Assembly (NCBI GenBank): GCA_951406725.2
Contig: OX597826.1
Span: 42,532,001-42,596,000 of the forward strand
Source: Octopus vulgaris
Lineage: Eukaryota
DNA length: 64,000 nucleotides
Reading direction: 5' to 3'
Shown: piece by piece, positions 24,576 through 39,673 of the stretch
Layout of the letters: each line of letters starts with the position of its first letter
Position numbering within the stretch: position 1 is the first letter of the stretch
Notes under the pieces: generated by a model
Told to the model about the DNA's origin: nothing
What the model saw: the letters and a program-made list of their open reading frames with translations, nothing else
Database searches by the model: none
Program-made: the position numbers and the translations under genes

Positions 24576-24951
24576 TCGCTCCACCACCGCATATATCTCT
24601 ATGAGATATTTAGAAATTTAATATTTCTGAGAATATATATATAAATATATGTGTGTGTGTGCGTGTGTGTTTCTTGTTTTTGTTGCTGTATACATTCGCT
24701 AGCTTTCTTACAAAAAGGTCTAATGCTCTTAGCTTAGACTTTTGGGGGAGCAACCAAATCGAACTGTCTCAAGTGTAACTACCCAAAACTGTAAGGACTT
24801 CTGGTACACTTCTGGTATAATTGACTGGGGAAAGAAGGCCACGAATGAGCCTTCTTTTTTGCCTGTTCTTCTAATTGTTGTTTCTCCTGTCCGCCTTTGG
24901 ATCGTCTATCTGTCCGAATGTTTTATTTCTTCTATTGCGTTTTTGTTCCAT

Positions 24952-24985
<34 letters not shown>

Positions 24986-25062
24986 TGTATGTATGTATGT
25001 ATGTATATATATATATATATATATATATAAGTCTTCGTATATACATACAAACACACACACAC

Positions 25063-25098
<36 letters not shown>

Positions 25099-25492
25099 GT
25101 GTGTGTGTGTTTGTATGTATATACGAAGACTTTTGAAAGATAACCCCAAATGTAATTGGTAGAACTGTATACATGTTCAGTCTCATGCCGAAGTCTCGCG
25201 TATAGTTCTTCAAATTACATTTTGCCATGATGATCGCACTGATGAGTTGCGGACAATTAAATAAGTAATTACGTAAGTGGTAACAACGAAACCGGGTTTG
25301 TGATTAATCTGTATGTTTTGTATCTTTTCATTTGTTTTGCTCGCTTACGTTCTGGCGTTTGCTGAATTTTATTGATAACAATCCTTTCTTAGTGGTAAGA
25401 CCATAAGGGGTCTACTTCTAGCATAATGGATGTCCACTTAGTGGTCATCCCACTTGTATGTATGTATGTATGTATGTATGTATGTATGTATG

Positions 25493-25568
<76 letters not shown>

Positions 25569-25971
25569 TTCAACATTTGGTACTGGTAGGGATGTCTGGT
25601 TAAGTAACTCCACGTAGTTTTGGGTTCAGTCTCACTCTGCGGCACCTTAGGTAAATGTTTTTCTCTGATATCCCTGGACTGACAAATGCTTTGTAAGCGA
25701 ATTTGGTTAGAAACTATGAAAGTCTGTTTTGTATACATGTTTGTATGTATGTGCGTGAATCTCTATGTCTGTGTATGTGTTGGTATGTTTACGTCCTCGT
25801 AACTTAGTGGCAAAAGACAGAAAAGCACCAGGCTTTAAAAAATAAGTGTAGGGGTCGATCTGTTCGACAAAACTCTTCAAAGCGGTACTCCAACATAGCC
25901 GCAGTTATATGACACAAACAAGTAAAAGATACAAAATAAAAGAATGTGTGTGTGTGTATGTTCCAAAAATT

Positions 25972-26130
25972 TAACTAGAAACACAAGAAACGGATAATTC
26001 ACACATAGAATGTTGCTAATTCCTTGTTATCGTCCAAGCTATGATCTTTTGGATGATAACTAACAAGGGATTAGCAACGCCCTATGTGTGAATTTTCAGT
26101 TTGCTATGTTTCTATTAAAATTTTTGGAAT
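25972..26130. repeat. Imperfect inverted repeat
   Basis: ttccaaaaatttaactagaaacac...cacacatagaatgttgctaat is mirrored by attagcaacgccctatgtgtg...tttctattaaaatttttggaa. Confidence 0.7.
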
Positions 26131-26527
26131 ATATTATTTAATGTAACGCTACACACATTCTTATTCTTTGTTCTTTTATATATATACAGAAAGGGCTGCT
26201 AAGCCTGAACGAGTTGAGTTGGTGAACGCGGAGGAACAAGCTCTGACAGAAGACAGACAAGAATGCGTTTTATCCCTGCGGCTGATCAGAGAGAAAAAAA
26301 GAAATTCAAGTTAAGAAAAGAAAGATAGCCGATGGTCACGTGCAAGCAACGATAGAGAAAAGGCGGAAGAGTGAGAGAGAGAGAGGTACAGACAGAGAAC
26401 GGCTAAGGGGAGAGGAAAAGAATTATAGAAAGGATGAGAGAGAAAAACGAAAGGGGGAGAAGGGGAGATATAAAGAATTAGAGAAAGGAGGAGAAAGGAA
26501 ATGAAAGAGGAGAAACAGAAAGAGATA

Positions 26528-26636
<109 letters not shown>

Positions 26637-26702
26637 GAAATGACTGACGAAGTATCATTAATTTTCTAAGCTGTTCAATTTTTCCCAACCAATCAATGGA
26701 CT

Positions 26703-26927
26703 TGTAGGGAACTCGCTTGGCCTTACCTGAGATTTGAAACCAAATCTACCCGCTTGTTGCTTGTCAAAACAAGCGGGAAATCCTCTCCACAGCAGATGAT
26801 TGATGGGGAAACACTTGACCCATAAGAACCCGTGCTGGTCAAGGAAGGGTCAGTCCTTTGTTTAGGGTTTGACCTACAACACTGATCGTAGTCGATATAG
26901 CAGAGAACGTTTCCTCTCTATCTATCT

Positions 26928-26970
<43 letters not shown>

Positions 26971-27409
26971 GTCAGCCACACCCTCTTTTGCGTCAGCCAT
27001 GACCAAGAGCAACACTTTCCCTTCGTTCGACATACGAAGGGAACCTTTCGGCCGCAAGAAAGACGATGCTACATTTATCCTTTCTTCCTTTCTCGTCAGT
27101 ACCATGGATTCCTTATTCTTTCCATCTCAACTGGCAGACAGAAACTTGTACACTATCAACTACTACTAACCAGTGAGCCAACCTTTTCGTCACTATCGCT
27201 ACAATTACTACTGTCTCTCTAACTACCTGTCGGGCAAACGAATAAATATATGTAATTAATATTTATATATGTAATTAATATTTCTTCCTTCTTGGTGTTG
27301 ATTCTTCCATGTACACTGGTGGCTCTCCGACGCGAGAACCTTCAAGCCACATTTGGTAGTGGGCTACATCATATCGACTTCATATGGCATGTCATTTCAC
27401 CCCGCTACA
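26703..27409 (+). mobile_element. Solo LTR (Gypsy-like), 707 bp
   Basis: TGTAG...CTACA termini, 4-bp TSD gact/gacc, AATAAA at 27241; a related fragment lies at 42650-42790 (minus). Confidence 0.75.
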
Positions 27410-27523
27410 GACCGATTAAGTAAACTTCTCAATGACGAACCTATTGTAATTACTGGAAACAGCTGTAAGCCAAATTTTCAATAATAAAGAAAAATATGTA
27501 ATGACCATTATTTATGCTTTGAC

Positions 27524-27570
<47 letters not shown>

Positions 27571-27753
27571 TACATACGTATGTATGTGTATACATACATG
27601 TATATACGTACGTATGTATGTATAGGCAACCTAGCGCGTGTGCACGCACACACACACACGCTTGTATGTATGTATGTATATGTATGTGTATGCATATGTG
27701 TGTAAAGCCGTATATATATAAATATATGTATGTGTGTGAAAAGTTGTAGATGA

Positions 27754-28145
<392 letters not shown>

Positions 28146-28452
28146 TTACGTTCAGATAAACAGATACATATGCATACGCATATCCATATACATTCATAAG
28201 TCCATTTGCATGTACATATACATACATACCTGCATGCATACATGCATGTAATAAAGACCTTAAATGAAAGGAAAATAGAACAATTTACTGCAATAGCCGA
28301 GCCATTTAACGTCGTCGTAAGCGCGATCGCAATACGCTTGCCGGGCGATCGTGCTACCAATTACACCCTAATGCCTTCAGTATATTTAAATCTGTCAAAG
28401 CGCTTATTACAAACGTTTCAGTATGTAATAATGCATGTATGTATATATGTAT

Positions 28453-28498
<46 letters not shown>

Positions 28499-28794
28499 CA
28501 TATATACATACATGTATACAGAGAGAAAGGATGAAAGAGGGATAATGATGGAGATAAACAATATCAGGCTTGACTCATACATACATGCATACACACACAC
28601 ACATACAGACGCAGAGACACACAAACATATGTACACACAAATATCTAGTCCTGGATTTCTGCTATAACCATTCTTGAGCATTACTCATTTGATAAGTAGG
28701 TAGGTAGGTAGGTAGGTAGGTAGGTAGGTAGGTAGGTTTGGGTGGGTATGTAGGTAGGTAGTTAGATAGATAGATATCTACCTCTCACCTATCA

Positions 28795-29210
28795 TCTCTA
28801 TATATATAAACGGCAGTTTGTCTGTCTGTGTGTCTGTGTGTCTGTGTGGCTGTCAAGTTGTACCCTCACCCTGACCACGGCTTTCAACCGATTCTGATGA
28901 AACTTGACACACACATAGCCCAATGTCATAATTCAAAACTAACCCAGCAAAAATTTTGAAAAGTCCCCCCAGTTCTGAAAAAAATCGATAAATTCGACAT
29001 GGGGTCGAGAATCTAAGCTTTTTATATGCAACACATTTTCTGTCGGGAGACAGCTAGGAACATCGTATACATAGAAGTATTCGAGTGAAGAGAAGACATT
29101 GCAACCTACACATGCGCCTTCGTTCCCTGGAGGGAAAGAACTAGATTGGGATTAGTCGTTGCCTACTAGGGGCTCTTACATACCCGGGCAACGCCAAGCT
29201 ATGCTGCTAG
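28795..29210 (+). mobile_element. Non-autonomous Helitron
   Basis: A|TCtctatatatataaa... with 3' cccgggcaacgcc..gctgCTAG|T. Confidence 0.8.
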
Positions 29211-29234
29211 TTGTCTATATAATTATATATATAT

Positions 29235-29612
29235 TCTTTTATTCTTTTACTTGTTTCAGTCATTTGACTGCGACCATGCTGGAGCAATGCCTTTAGTCGA
29301 ACAAATCGACCCCAGGACATTTTCTTAGTAAACCTAGTACTTATTTTATCGTTCTTATTTTGTCGAACCGCTAAGTTACGGGGACGTAAACAAACCAACA
29401 CCGGTTGTCAAGCTATGGGGGAGAAACATACACACGCACACATATAAATATGTATATGACGGGCTTCTTTCAGTTTCCGGCTACCAAATCCACTCACAAG
29501 GCTTTGGTCGGCCCGAGGCTATGGTAGAAGACACTTGCCCAAGGTGTCACGCTGTTGGACTGAATCCGGAACCATGTGGTTGGGAAGCAAGCTTCTTACC
29601 ACACAGCCACAT
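29235..29612 (-). mobile_element. SINE family A
   Basis: Reverse complement of the family A tail and head; the middle segment at ~29455-29520 also matches. Confidence 0.85.
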
Positions 29613-29626
29613 CGATGCCCTGTACA

Positions 29627-29706
<80 letters not shown>

Positions 29707-30090
29707 TATATATATGGAACAAAAACGCAGTAGGGAGCATTAAAACGTTCAGACAGATAGACGACACAAAGGCGGACAAGCGAAACAACCATTAGAAGGA
29801 CAGGCAAAAAAAGATGGGTCCTTCTTGGCTTTCTTTCATCAGTCAAGTACCAGAAGTCACGACCATTTCGTACAGTTACACTTGAGACGGTTCGATCTGG
29901 TTGTCCCAAAAAAAGTATGTGTATATATATATATATACACACACTTGGTGATTACAGTCCCTGTCAGTATATATGTATACAATTATTTGCTCTAACTACA
30001 GCATTAGTGTATCTTAGCTCTTATTTCTAGCAATGTAGGTGTTCTAACACAGTCATATTTCGTGACTATTATAGTTTTCATAGCTGTCTA

Positions 30091-30538
30091 TCAGGTCATC
30101 CCATAAGTTCTGTCCGAATTTTGAATAAAGAAAATATGTGATCAAACGTTATATTTAATTGAAATTTAATCATCAATGTACTTTCTCTGATTATCTATGG
30201 CTTCCTTCTATCTGTTTACAAGCTTTTTAATCCCATCAATGTAAAACTCTTTTGGTTTCAAAGCGAAGAGCTCTGAAATGTCAGTTTCGACCTCCTCCAA
30301 AGTTATGTCCCCCAAATAATTCTGTAAACTACGAAACAAATGGTAGTCTGAAGGAGCAAGGTCGGGAAAAAAAGATGGATGAGGAAATTTTTCCCAACCA
30401 AGCTCTTCGATCTTCTGTGATGTGATCTTTGCAGTGTGGGGTCGCGCATTGTCCTGATGAAACATCACTCCTTTTCAATTCACTAAAACGGTTCTTTTTT
30501 CTTCAAAGCTTAGTTCAAATGCTCTAATTGCTGACAGT
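30091..30538 (-). mobile_element. Mariner 3' fragment (same family as 46122-47394)
   Basis: TIR tcaggtcatcccataagttctgtccgaa after TA; FHQDNARPH..PDLAPSDYHLF; truncated at (TATG)n. Confidence 0.9.
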
Positions 30539-30560
30539 ATACATATGTATGTATGTATGA

Positions 30561-30591
<31 letters not shown>

Positions 30592-30942
30592 TGTATGTAT
30601 GTATGTATGTATGTATGTATGTATGTATGTATGTATGTATGTATGTATGTATGCATGCATGTGTGCGTATGCATGTATGCATATATGTAATATTGTGCTT
30701 GTGTCTGTGATTGTCCTCCCACCATCGCTTGACAACCGATGTTGGTGTGTTTATGTCTCCCGTAACTTAGCGGTTTGTCAAAAGAGACCGATAGAATATG
30801 TACTAGGCTTACAAAGAATAAGTGTTGGAGTCGATTTGTTCGACTAAAACTCCTGAAGGTGGTGCTCCAGCATAGCCGCAGTCAAATGACTGAAACAAAT
30901 AAAAGAATAAAAGAATATATCTATATATATATATATATATAT

Positions 30943-31528
30943 AGGAAACTGTGTTGCTGAAAATGCACTTAAATTTCAAAACCTCGTAAATGTTTAAAAT
31001 ACATTTATTTACATATATACCAAACTAGTTTCAACAATATTTTTTGTTTAGCAATGGTAAAGGTGTAAAATTAGAAAAACATCGTTATAAGTTTCAATAT
31101 TGACAAATCAAAATTAAATTAAAATGTTTCAATGTTGATAAATTATCATGTTCAAAACAGAAGGTGTAAGTTTGAAATTAAAACTGTATATTAATTTGAT
31201 AGAATGTACAAGGTTCGTTAATTTCAGTGGTGGTCGACAAGTCATACTGGAAAAAAAACTGTGAGAATTGAAATAGTAAAAAAGTGGAAATTACGGTTTC
31301 TCAGATCTTCTGTTTTGAACATGATAATTTATCAACATTGAAACATTTTAATTTAATTTTGATTTGTCAACATTGAAACTTATAACGATGTTTTTCTAAT
31401 TTTACACTTTTACTATTGCTAAACAAAAAATATTGTTGAAACTAGTTTGGTATATATGTAAATAAATGTATTTTAAACATTTACGAGTATTTTGAAATTT
31501 AAGTGCATTTTCAGCAACACATTTTCCT
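30943..31528. mobile_element. Penelope-like inverted insertion (arms ~30943-31165 and ~31305-31528) with decayed hammerheads
   Basis: ~220-bp inverted arms; tacca-TTGCTAA-..aacaa/ttgtt-GAAA-CTAG-TT-tggta. Confidence 0.75.
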
Positions 31529-32017
31529 ATATATTTTTTACTTCGTGGAAACACCACTCCCTCTTTTGATATATATATATATAAGAATATAAAAAAAACG
31601 GGACAAGAACGCAAAACATCCAGACTTTTAGATGATACAAAAAGAGACAACAAAACATCCATACAAATGATACAAAAAAAGGGGATAAGAAAAACCAAGG
31701 ACGGGTCATTCGGAGTTTTCTTTTGTCAGTCGAGTTCTAGATTATATTGCAGTTTCGGCTGGTTATACTCGAGACTGCTCCAATCTGGCCAGCCCCAAGG
31801 AAAATCTAAGCTAAGAGCACTTGGAAGAAAGCAGCGAATGTATACGAAAGCAAGGACAAAAAAAAACGGAGAAATGGTACGCAAATACAAATGCAAACAA
31901 CAGGACATTAACAACAGGTATCTTTCGACTAAGGACGAATTAAATTGAGCTGGCGTGAGTGGAAGTGACATAAGAGACATAAGAGATGATATGCATGGCA
32001 AATAATATAGATGCTGC

Positions 32018-32101
<84 letters not shown>

Positions 32102-32744
32102 GGCGGTGCATATGCGTGCGTATATGTGTTTTTATACGTAAGTATGCATGTATATATGTATATATGCGTGCATGTTCGCAAGTTTATATGTACGTGTATA
32201 TAAGTATACGTGTGCATATATGTGTGTGTATATGTGTGTATGTATATATGTATTTGTATATGTACGCACGCTTGCGACACCTTGATTAAGTGATTTTTAC
32301 CTCATCCTCGGCTTGAATCAATGTTTTGTGAGTGAATTAGGTAAACAGAAACTTTGCAGGATTTTAATCTATTTGTTCTCGGGATGTTACACTTAATATG
32401 TCCCGCGGTTTAACAATACTATCTGGCTATCCTTCGCTGCCTTTAGCTGAGTCCACTCTTTTACAAACAATCTTGCCAAACTCTCTTGGTTAAGTATTAC
32501 CCAGAAACGTGGAGGTTGCTCCCTCTCTTTTACTTTACAGTTTAAAGAAATTGCAGAAAATTTGGGGTACCCGGCTTAGGACGACCAAGTCTTCCTCAAA
32601 TTACACTGGGGTAAAATATTCGAAGCCCAGTATACCCGTCATGACTACATGTCTGATAAGGGTACATAAGGGTACACCAGGCACATGTATGTATGTATGT
32701 ATGTATGTATGTATGTATGTATGTATGTATTATATGGGTTCTCA

Positions 32745-33168
32745 TGGCGGAGATGTAAACGGAACCCTTCCCCCACCTTTAATTTTTTTTTTTTTACGGA
32801 ATCCCACGTCTAGGCTATGGCGATAACGATTCTGAAGAAAAATTTTCAAAAATCGCAACTTCAAAATTTCAGTCCCCACCCTTCCCTCATTTCACTTTTC
32901 ACTTTTTCCGGAAATTTTGTTTTTGCGAAATACGTACAAAAATACGGAGATTATGATTCTGAAAAAAAGTTATTCAGAATCATTATCTCCGTATTTTTGT
33001 ACGTATTTCGCAAAAACGAACAAAAAAAAATCCGAAAAACGTGAAAAATGAAGAAATGGGAGTGGGGGATTGAAATTTTGAAGTTGCGATTTTTGAAATT
33101 TTTTTTTCAGAATCGGAATCTCCATAGCCTAAAACGTGGGATTTCGTAAAAAAAAATTTTAATGAGGA
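32745..33168. mobile_element. Foldback MITE-like element
   Basis: ttacggaatcccacgtctaggctatgg / ccatagcctaaaacgtgggatttcgtaa; central gattctgaa..ttcagaatc. Confidence 0.7.
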
Positions 33169-33169
33169 A

Positions 33170-33581
33170 GGCGCAGGAGTGGCTGTGTGGTAAGTAGCTT
33201 GCTTACCAACCACATGGTTCTGGGTTCAGTCCCACTGCCTGGCACCTTGGGCAAGTGTCTTCTACTATAGCCTTGGCCCGACCAAAGCCTTGTGAGTAGA
33301 TTTGGTAGACGAAACTGAAAGAAGCCCGTCGTATATATGTATATATATGTATGTATGTGTGTGTATATGTTTGTGTGTCTGTGTTTGCCCCCCTCCCAAC
33401 ATCGCTTGACAACCGATGCTGGTGTGTTTACGTCCTCGTAACTTAACGGTTCAGCAAAAGAGACCGATAGAATAAGTACTAGGCTTACAAAGAATAAGTC
33501 CTGGGGTCGATTTGCTCGACTAAAGGCGTTGCTCCAGCATGGCCGCAATCAAATGACTGAAACAAGTAAAAGAGTAAAAGA
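33170..33581 (+). mobile_element. SINE family A, full length
   Basis: Complete head, core and (GTAAAAGA)n tail. Confidence 0.92.
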
Positions 33582-33637
33582 GCAAGGTTTCCGTTTGCAT
33601 CCCCGCCATGTGAGTCATATATATATATATATATGTG

Positions 33638-33678
<41 letters not shown>

Positions 33679-33700
33679 CAATGATAAATCTCGGAGCGAG

Positions 33701-33754
<54 letters not shown>

Positions 33755-33849
33755 TAATGTCTCGATGTTTGCATTGATGGATGAATGTATGTATGCATGT
33801 ATTTATGGTTTCGCATACGCATACACCTAAGCATGAATACATATGCTCA

Positions 33850-34573
33850 TACGTGTGCATACATATGTGTACACACATGTATACAATCACACATACATAC
33901 ATTCTTCCATGCAACAATACAAACATAAATCATACATGCATACACACACATACATACATACATACACACTCCCATCTATCCATGCATTCATACATACATA
34001 CAAACACACACTCACACATACTCCCATCCATCTATACATACCTTCATACATACAGACAGACACACATACATACATACATTTATACATACATGCACACTTC
34101 TATCCATCCATACATACATACATGCATCCATCCATCCATACATACATACATACATTGATACATACATGTATGCATGCATGCATCCATCCATCCATACATA
34201 CATACATGCACACACACACACACACACACACAAACATACATCCATCCAAACATACATACAAGCACATACACACAGACATATATATACATACATGCATACA
34301 TGCATGCATGCATACATACATACATACATACATACATACATACGTACGTACACGTACACACACATACATACATACATACATACATACATACATACATACG
34401 TACACGTACACACACATACATACATACATACATACGTACACGTACACACACATACATACATACATACATACATACATACATACATACACACATACATACA
34501 TACATACATACATACATACATACATACATACAAATATATATGCATACATACATATATACACACATACATACAT

Positions 34574-34604
<31 letters not shown>

Positions 34605-34659
34605 TACATACATACATACATACATACATACACACACACACATACATACATACATACAT

Positions 34660-34690
<31 letters not shown>

Positions 34691-34803
34691 TACATACATA
34701 CATACATACATACATACATACATACATACATACATACATACATACATACATACATACATACATACATACATACATACATACATACATACATACATACATA
34801 CAT

Positions 34804-34834
<31 letters not shown>

Positions 34835-34843
34835 TACATACAT

Positions 34844-34874
<31 letters not shown>

Positions 34875-34927
34875 TACATACATACATACATACATACATA
34901 CACACACACATACATACATACATACAT

Positions 34928-34962
<35 letters not shown>

Positions 34963-34979
34963 TACATACATACATACAT

Positions 34980-35012
<33 letters not shown>

Positions 35013-35040
35013 TACATACATACATACATACATACATACA

Positions 35041-35070
<30 letters not shown>
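33850..35070. repeat. ~1.2-kb (CATA)n/(CA)n microsatellite
   Basis: Directly visible; source of the 300-500 aa spurious ORFs. Confidence 0.95.
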
Positions 35071-35071
<1 letters not shown>

Positions 35072-35448
35072 GCACCCCTACGTGCTTTCATACATGTCCG
35101 AATATATATATCATTCCATAGTAGACAGCGAAAAAAAGTTCTTTTGTTTTTTTTTCAAAAAAAATAATCTGTTAGTCACGGTAGTGAAAAGCCGGAACAG
35201 GACAAGTCCTGGGATTAAATTACAACAACAACAACAAAAACAACAACTAAAACAACAACTAAAACTGAAAATCCAGTTTACCTTAATACATTTCCAAATA
35301 GTTGGGCTGTTTTTTGTTTGGTTTTTTTGTATGTTGTTTATATCCTTGTCATTGAAATTATTGTAGTTATTCTTGTAATTATAGTTTTTTTATGTTGCTG
35401 TTGTTGTTCTAATCGGTGGTGGTGGTGGCGCGGTATTTTGAATTTGAA

Positions 35449-35869
35449 AGGTGGCGAGCTGGCAGAAACGTTAGCACGCCGGGTGAAATGCTTAGCGGTA
35501 TTTCGTCTGCCGCTACGTCGTGAGTTCAAATTCCGCCGAGGTCGACATTGCCTTTCATCCTTTCGGGGTCGATAAATTAAGTACCAGTTACGCACTGGGG
35601 GGTCGATGTAATCGACTTAATACCTATGTGTGTCCTTGTTTTGTCCCCTCTGTGTTTAGACCCTTGTGGGTAATAAAGAAATAGGTATTTCGTCTGCCGT
35701 TACGTTCTGAGTTCAAATTCCGCCGAGGTCGACTTTGCCTTTCATCCTTTCGGGGTCGATAAATTAAGTACCAGTTACGTACTGGGGTCGATGTAATCGA
35801 CTTAATACCTATGTCTGTCCTTGTTTGTCCCCTCTGTGTTTAGCCCCTTGTGGGTAGTAAAGAAATATA
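35449..35869 (+). mobile_element. Family B SINE containing a second copy (nested or tandem 3' portion)
   Basis: Outer TSD ggtattttgaattt at 35432 and 35870; inner repeat begins ggtatttcgtctgccg at 35497 and 35684. Confidence 0.85.
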
Positions 35870-36034
35870 GGTATTTTGAATTTAAGCTCCTTTTTTTTCA
35901 GCTGTGGGTTATAATTGTTTTTTGTACTTTTGGGGGTTTTTTTTTTGGCGTGTTTTTTTTTTCTCGCTTTGTTATTGTTTTTTTTTTCTCTCTCTGTCTA
36001 GGTTGTATGGAGCTAAACTCAATGAATAGAATCT

Positions 36035-36284
36035 CGACTACGACGACTACTGCTACCGTTGCCGCTGCTGCTGCTGCTATTGCTACTGTTGCTGCTGCTA
36101 CTACAGCTGTTGTAATAAGTGTTATCCTTTGCTGCTGCTGTTGTTGTTGTTGCTGTTGGTGGTGGTGGTGGTGGTGGTGGTGGTGGTGGTTGTGGTGGTG
36201 GTGGTGGTGGTGGTGGTGGTGGTGGTGGTGGTGATGGTGGTGGTGGTGCTGGTGCTGGTGGTGCTGGTGGTGCTGCTGCTGCTG

Positions 36285-36318
<34 letters not shown>

Positions 36319-36507
36319 TGCTGATGATGATGATGATGATGATGATGGTGCTACTGGTGGTGCTGGTAGTGGTGATGATGATGGTGGTACTGGTGGTGGT
36401 GGTGGTGGTGGAGGAGGAGAAGGAGACGGCGGCAGCGGCAGTCGTTATCGTGGTTGTGGTTGTGGTTGTAGTTGACAGTGGTTGTGGTTGTGGCGGTGGT
36501 AGTGTTC

Positions 36508-36569
<62 letters not shown>

Positions 36570-37022
36570 GGTGGTGGTGGTGGTGGTGGTGGTGATGGCG
36601 CTGATTTTGATATTTTCTGCAGTGTTGGCAAAAAGAAGGTGGTGCCGATGACAACGATGACAACGATGATGATGATGATGATGATAATAATAATGATGAT
36701 GATGACGACGACGACGATGATGATAAATGTGTTTATAAATGGTTACACTTATGGCTGCTGCGCCTAGTGATTGTTATGAATGTTTCGTACTGGCAACAAT
36801 TAATGTTACTGAGGTTGGATTATTATCGCTGCTGTTGCTGCTGTGGTTGCTGCTGCTGCTGCTGCTGCTGCTGTTGCTGTTGCTGCTGTTGGTTGACATC
36901 GTCGTCGTCGTCGTCGCGGCGACGGCGGCGGCGGTGGTGGTGGTGACTGAAGAGGTGGTGGCCCTGGTTTTTAGTAATGTGGACAAAGAATGAAATGAGT
37001 AAATACAATAATAATAAATACC

Positions 37023-37067
<45 letters not shown>

Positions 37068-37070
37068 TGC
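36035..37070. repeat. Compound trinucleotide field (GCT/GGT/GAT/AGT/GTC)
   Basis: Directly visible. Confidence 0.95.
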
Positions 37071-37669
37071 TTTTCATCCAAAGAAGGATTCAGAGTACCA
37101 TTGTTTTTGTACCTGTCTGCTGTGCAGGGGCCAGAATTTCATGTCAATGCACTTTATAAACTTTGATAGGTATATTAGCACAAGACTCTGTCTTGAGTAA
37201 CAGTTGTTCTTTGGCTAATATTTATATATATACTACCTTAAAAGCCGCCCTATCGGCCCTATCGGGCGGCTTTTAAGCTAGCCCCGGTGGAGGGCTCTTA
37301 ATTAGGCCTTGGGCCCAACAATGACACTTCATGCATTGAGTATGTGGTGTTATGAGCCAGGCTGTGTTGTAGGGAAGGATCGGAATTCAGAGAGTAGGTA
37401 TGTCCTGTCGGAAGTGGGACCTGTGGGTTCCACCGGAAGGGCCGCGGTGGGCATGCGGAGTCAGTGGAGCGTGAGGAGGTAGTCGGTGGCAAACAGCGCA
37501 CCAGAGCGGACGTGTTAGATTGTACGGCGTCGGATTGCGCACGTGGACATTGAGTGAACCTTGTAGATCGAGACAAAGCTCGTGGACGTTGAAAGTTACC
37601 CCTTTTTCCGGACCGACTGGTAAGACTACAACAATTCTCTCTTCGCTTCCGTTTTCTTTTTCTTCCTTT

Positions 37670-37900
37670 ACATCACATGTCAACCTACGAATAAAACAAT
37701 AAACTAATAGCAAACTCTTTTGAAGAGACAAATTGCTATGTCTAAACCAAGTTCTTTTATGAAGTGGCATTTGGTTTTTCGCCTTCTCTTTACAAGTTTT
37801 CTTATTACACTGAAAACTGCGCTCTGCGTGAGATCTTCCGGCACGCTTCACCTTGTAGATTTTATTCAGCTTAGTTTTACAAGATGGGCAACGCATTTGT
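37670..37900 (-). pseudogene. Merlin/IS1595-like transposase N-terminal fragment
   Basis: RCPSC...FQCNKKTC...KRTWFRHSNLSLQKSLLLVYCF fits the Zn-ribbon plus 'TWF..S.LSL..L.L.Y.F' pattern; no DDE domain follows. Confidence 0.65.
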
Positions 37901-38586
37901 TTGACTATGAGTCCAAGTTCCTGGCAATAATTAACCGTTGACTCTTTGTCAGATATTTTGAGGAAAGTCTATACAGGTTTACGGCATGCTTTTTTCCCTT
38001 GTCTCTGCAATGTTGCCGAAGCAGTAGACGTAGAGGATTTCTCATAATCCGACATCTTGGAGCGAACTGAGAACGCGCGTGTCGGTAGCATGCGTATTTA
38101 TATTTTATGAGAGAAGTAGTCTGCTGCCATCTACATCCTGTGCTGTGCATAATAGAATTCTAACGTATTTCAATCGTTAAAAACGCACTTTTATGATGTA
38201 TGAGGTGGGGATAGGTACAAAAAGAAGTCTTTCCAAGATAGAAAATAAATCATTAGACTGGTGAATAAATAAAGAGCTCACCTAAAGAAGTAAAAGAAGT
38301 AAATTTCAGAGGTAAATGAAAAAACTCTCTAAACTGTTTATTTATTCCATAAATGTTATTGACCTCTTAATTTTCTTGTATTTTGGTTATACTCAACGGT
38401 TTTGTTTGTTATTTTCAACTCTCCTGACTTTTCTGACTAATACTTCTGCTCTAAGCAAGTTGGTTTCTTGAGCTCACCTGCGCGGTCTTCTGAGCTATCG
38501 GACACAGACTGTTGTGTTGTAGGTAGTTTCGAGAGGCCGCATGCAGCGTAATAATATATGTATGTGTATATATATATATATATGTA

Positions 38587-39098
38587 CTAGCAGTATCGCC
38601 CGGCGTTGCTCGGGTTTGTAAGGGAAATAACTATATAAGCATTTTTAGAGAGTTGCTTCCTTTATAGATGCCAATTCGGGCTTTCTTAGCCATTTCTGTT
38701 TTGGTGTCTTCAAGCCATGAAGTCGTTGTTCTAAAAGAACGCTGGTCTCCTTGACAACGCATTACGACGTTGATTTCCTTAAACTCCCTTCCCCACAGCT
38801 TCACGAGGGAGGGAAGAAGGGGGAGAAGCAAACAGGTGCAGGTGTGACCATGGACGCCAACTCCGCCACCATCGACACACGAAAAATTATGCATTAAAAT
38901 GGAATAAAAAATGATACTAAATTATTTTTAAAATCGTAGACTCATCGTAGACGCGCGCTAATACTCAGACGGGCTCGATATTAATCACGACTATAAGATA
39001 CCCGAATTTGGTTAAACTGCACCGCAAAATGTGGGAGGAGTTAGGAATCTAAATCGTAGGAGACAGACACTCACACAACTACAGTTTTATATATATAG

Positions 39099-39099
<1 letters not shown>
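38587..39099 (-). mobile_element. Non-autonomous Helitron (family of 4661-5057, different interior)
   Basis: ctagcagtatcgcccggcgttgctcggg at the 3' end; shared 5' ~200 bp. Confidence 0.85.
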
Positions 39100-39164
<65 letters not shown>

Positions 39165-39383
39165 ATGTATATATAGTAATATAGGTGTGTTTCAAAAAAA
39201 GACTTCGAATGTTAATTCTTCGTATTTTGCAGGTAGTTTACAGGCGTAAATTTGCGAAGATATGAAAGTAATACTTGTATATGATGTGTGGTGAATTTAT
39301 GGAAAGAAGTTCAATAAAGCTGATCAATTAAGTTAAAAATGGAGAAGACAAGTTGTTAAAATATGTAAGAGAATTTTAATTCA

Positions 39384-39501
39384 TGCAAACGATCGTTTCG
39401 TGCAGAGATATAAAAATAATGTAAATACACGATTGAATTGAATTAGGTTAAATTAATTTAATTAATTTAATTATATATATATAAATGTACTCTTCAGTGC
39501 A
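39384..39501 (-). ncRNA. Hammerhead motif with ~80-nt AT-rich loop II
   Basis: tgca-CTGAAGA-gtac...gcac-GAAA-CGATCG-TT-tgca. Confidence 0.65.
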
Positions 39502-39673
39502 GGAAGTGTAAACAAAATGTACAATGAACTTGAGAAAGGATATAGCAGAACAGAATCTAGGACATTCATCTTTTATCCTTGTGACAAGGAGATGTGAGTC
39601 AAGTTAGATATTAACTATAACAATTTGTTTACCTTTTATGGGTTTTTTAAATAATTGTTTATGGTATTGTTTA

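Noticed and set aside
33843-35366. Long ORFs of 300-507 aa (and similar HTYI/MYVC/YIYI ORFs elsewhere)
   Set aside because: They are translations of stop-free microsatellites.
36119-37077. Poly-G/A/D/Q/H ORFs
   Set aside because: A trinucleotide field with no conserved context.
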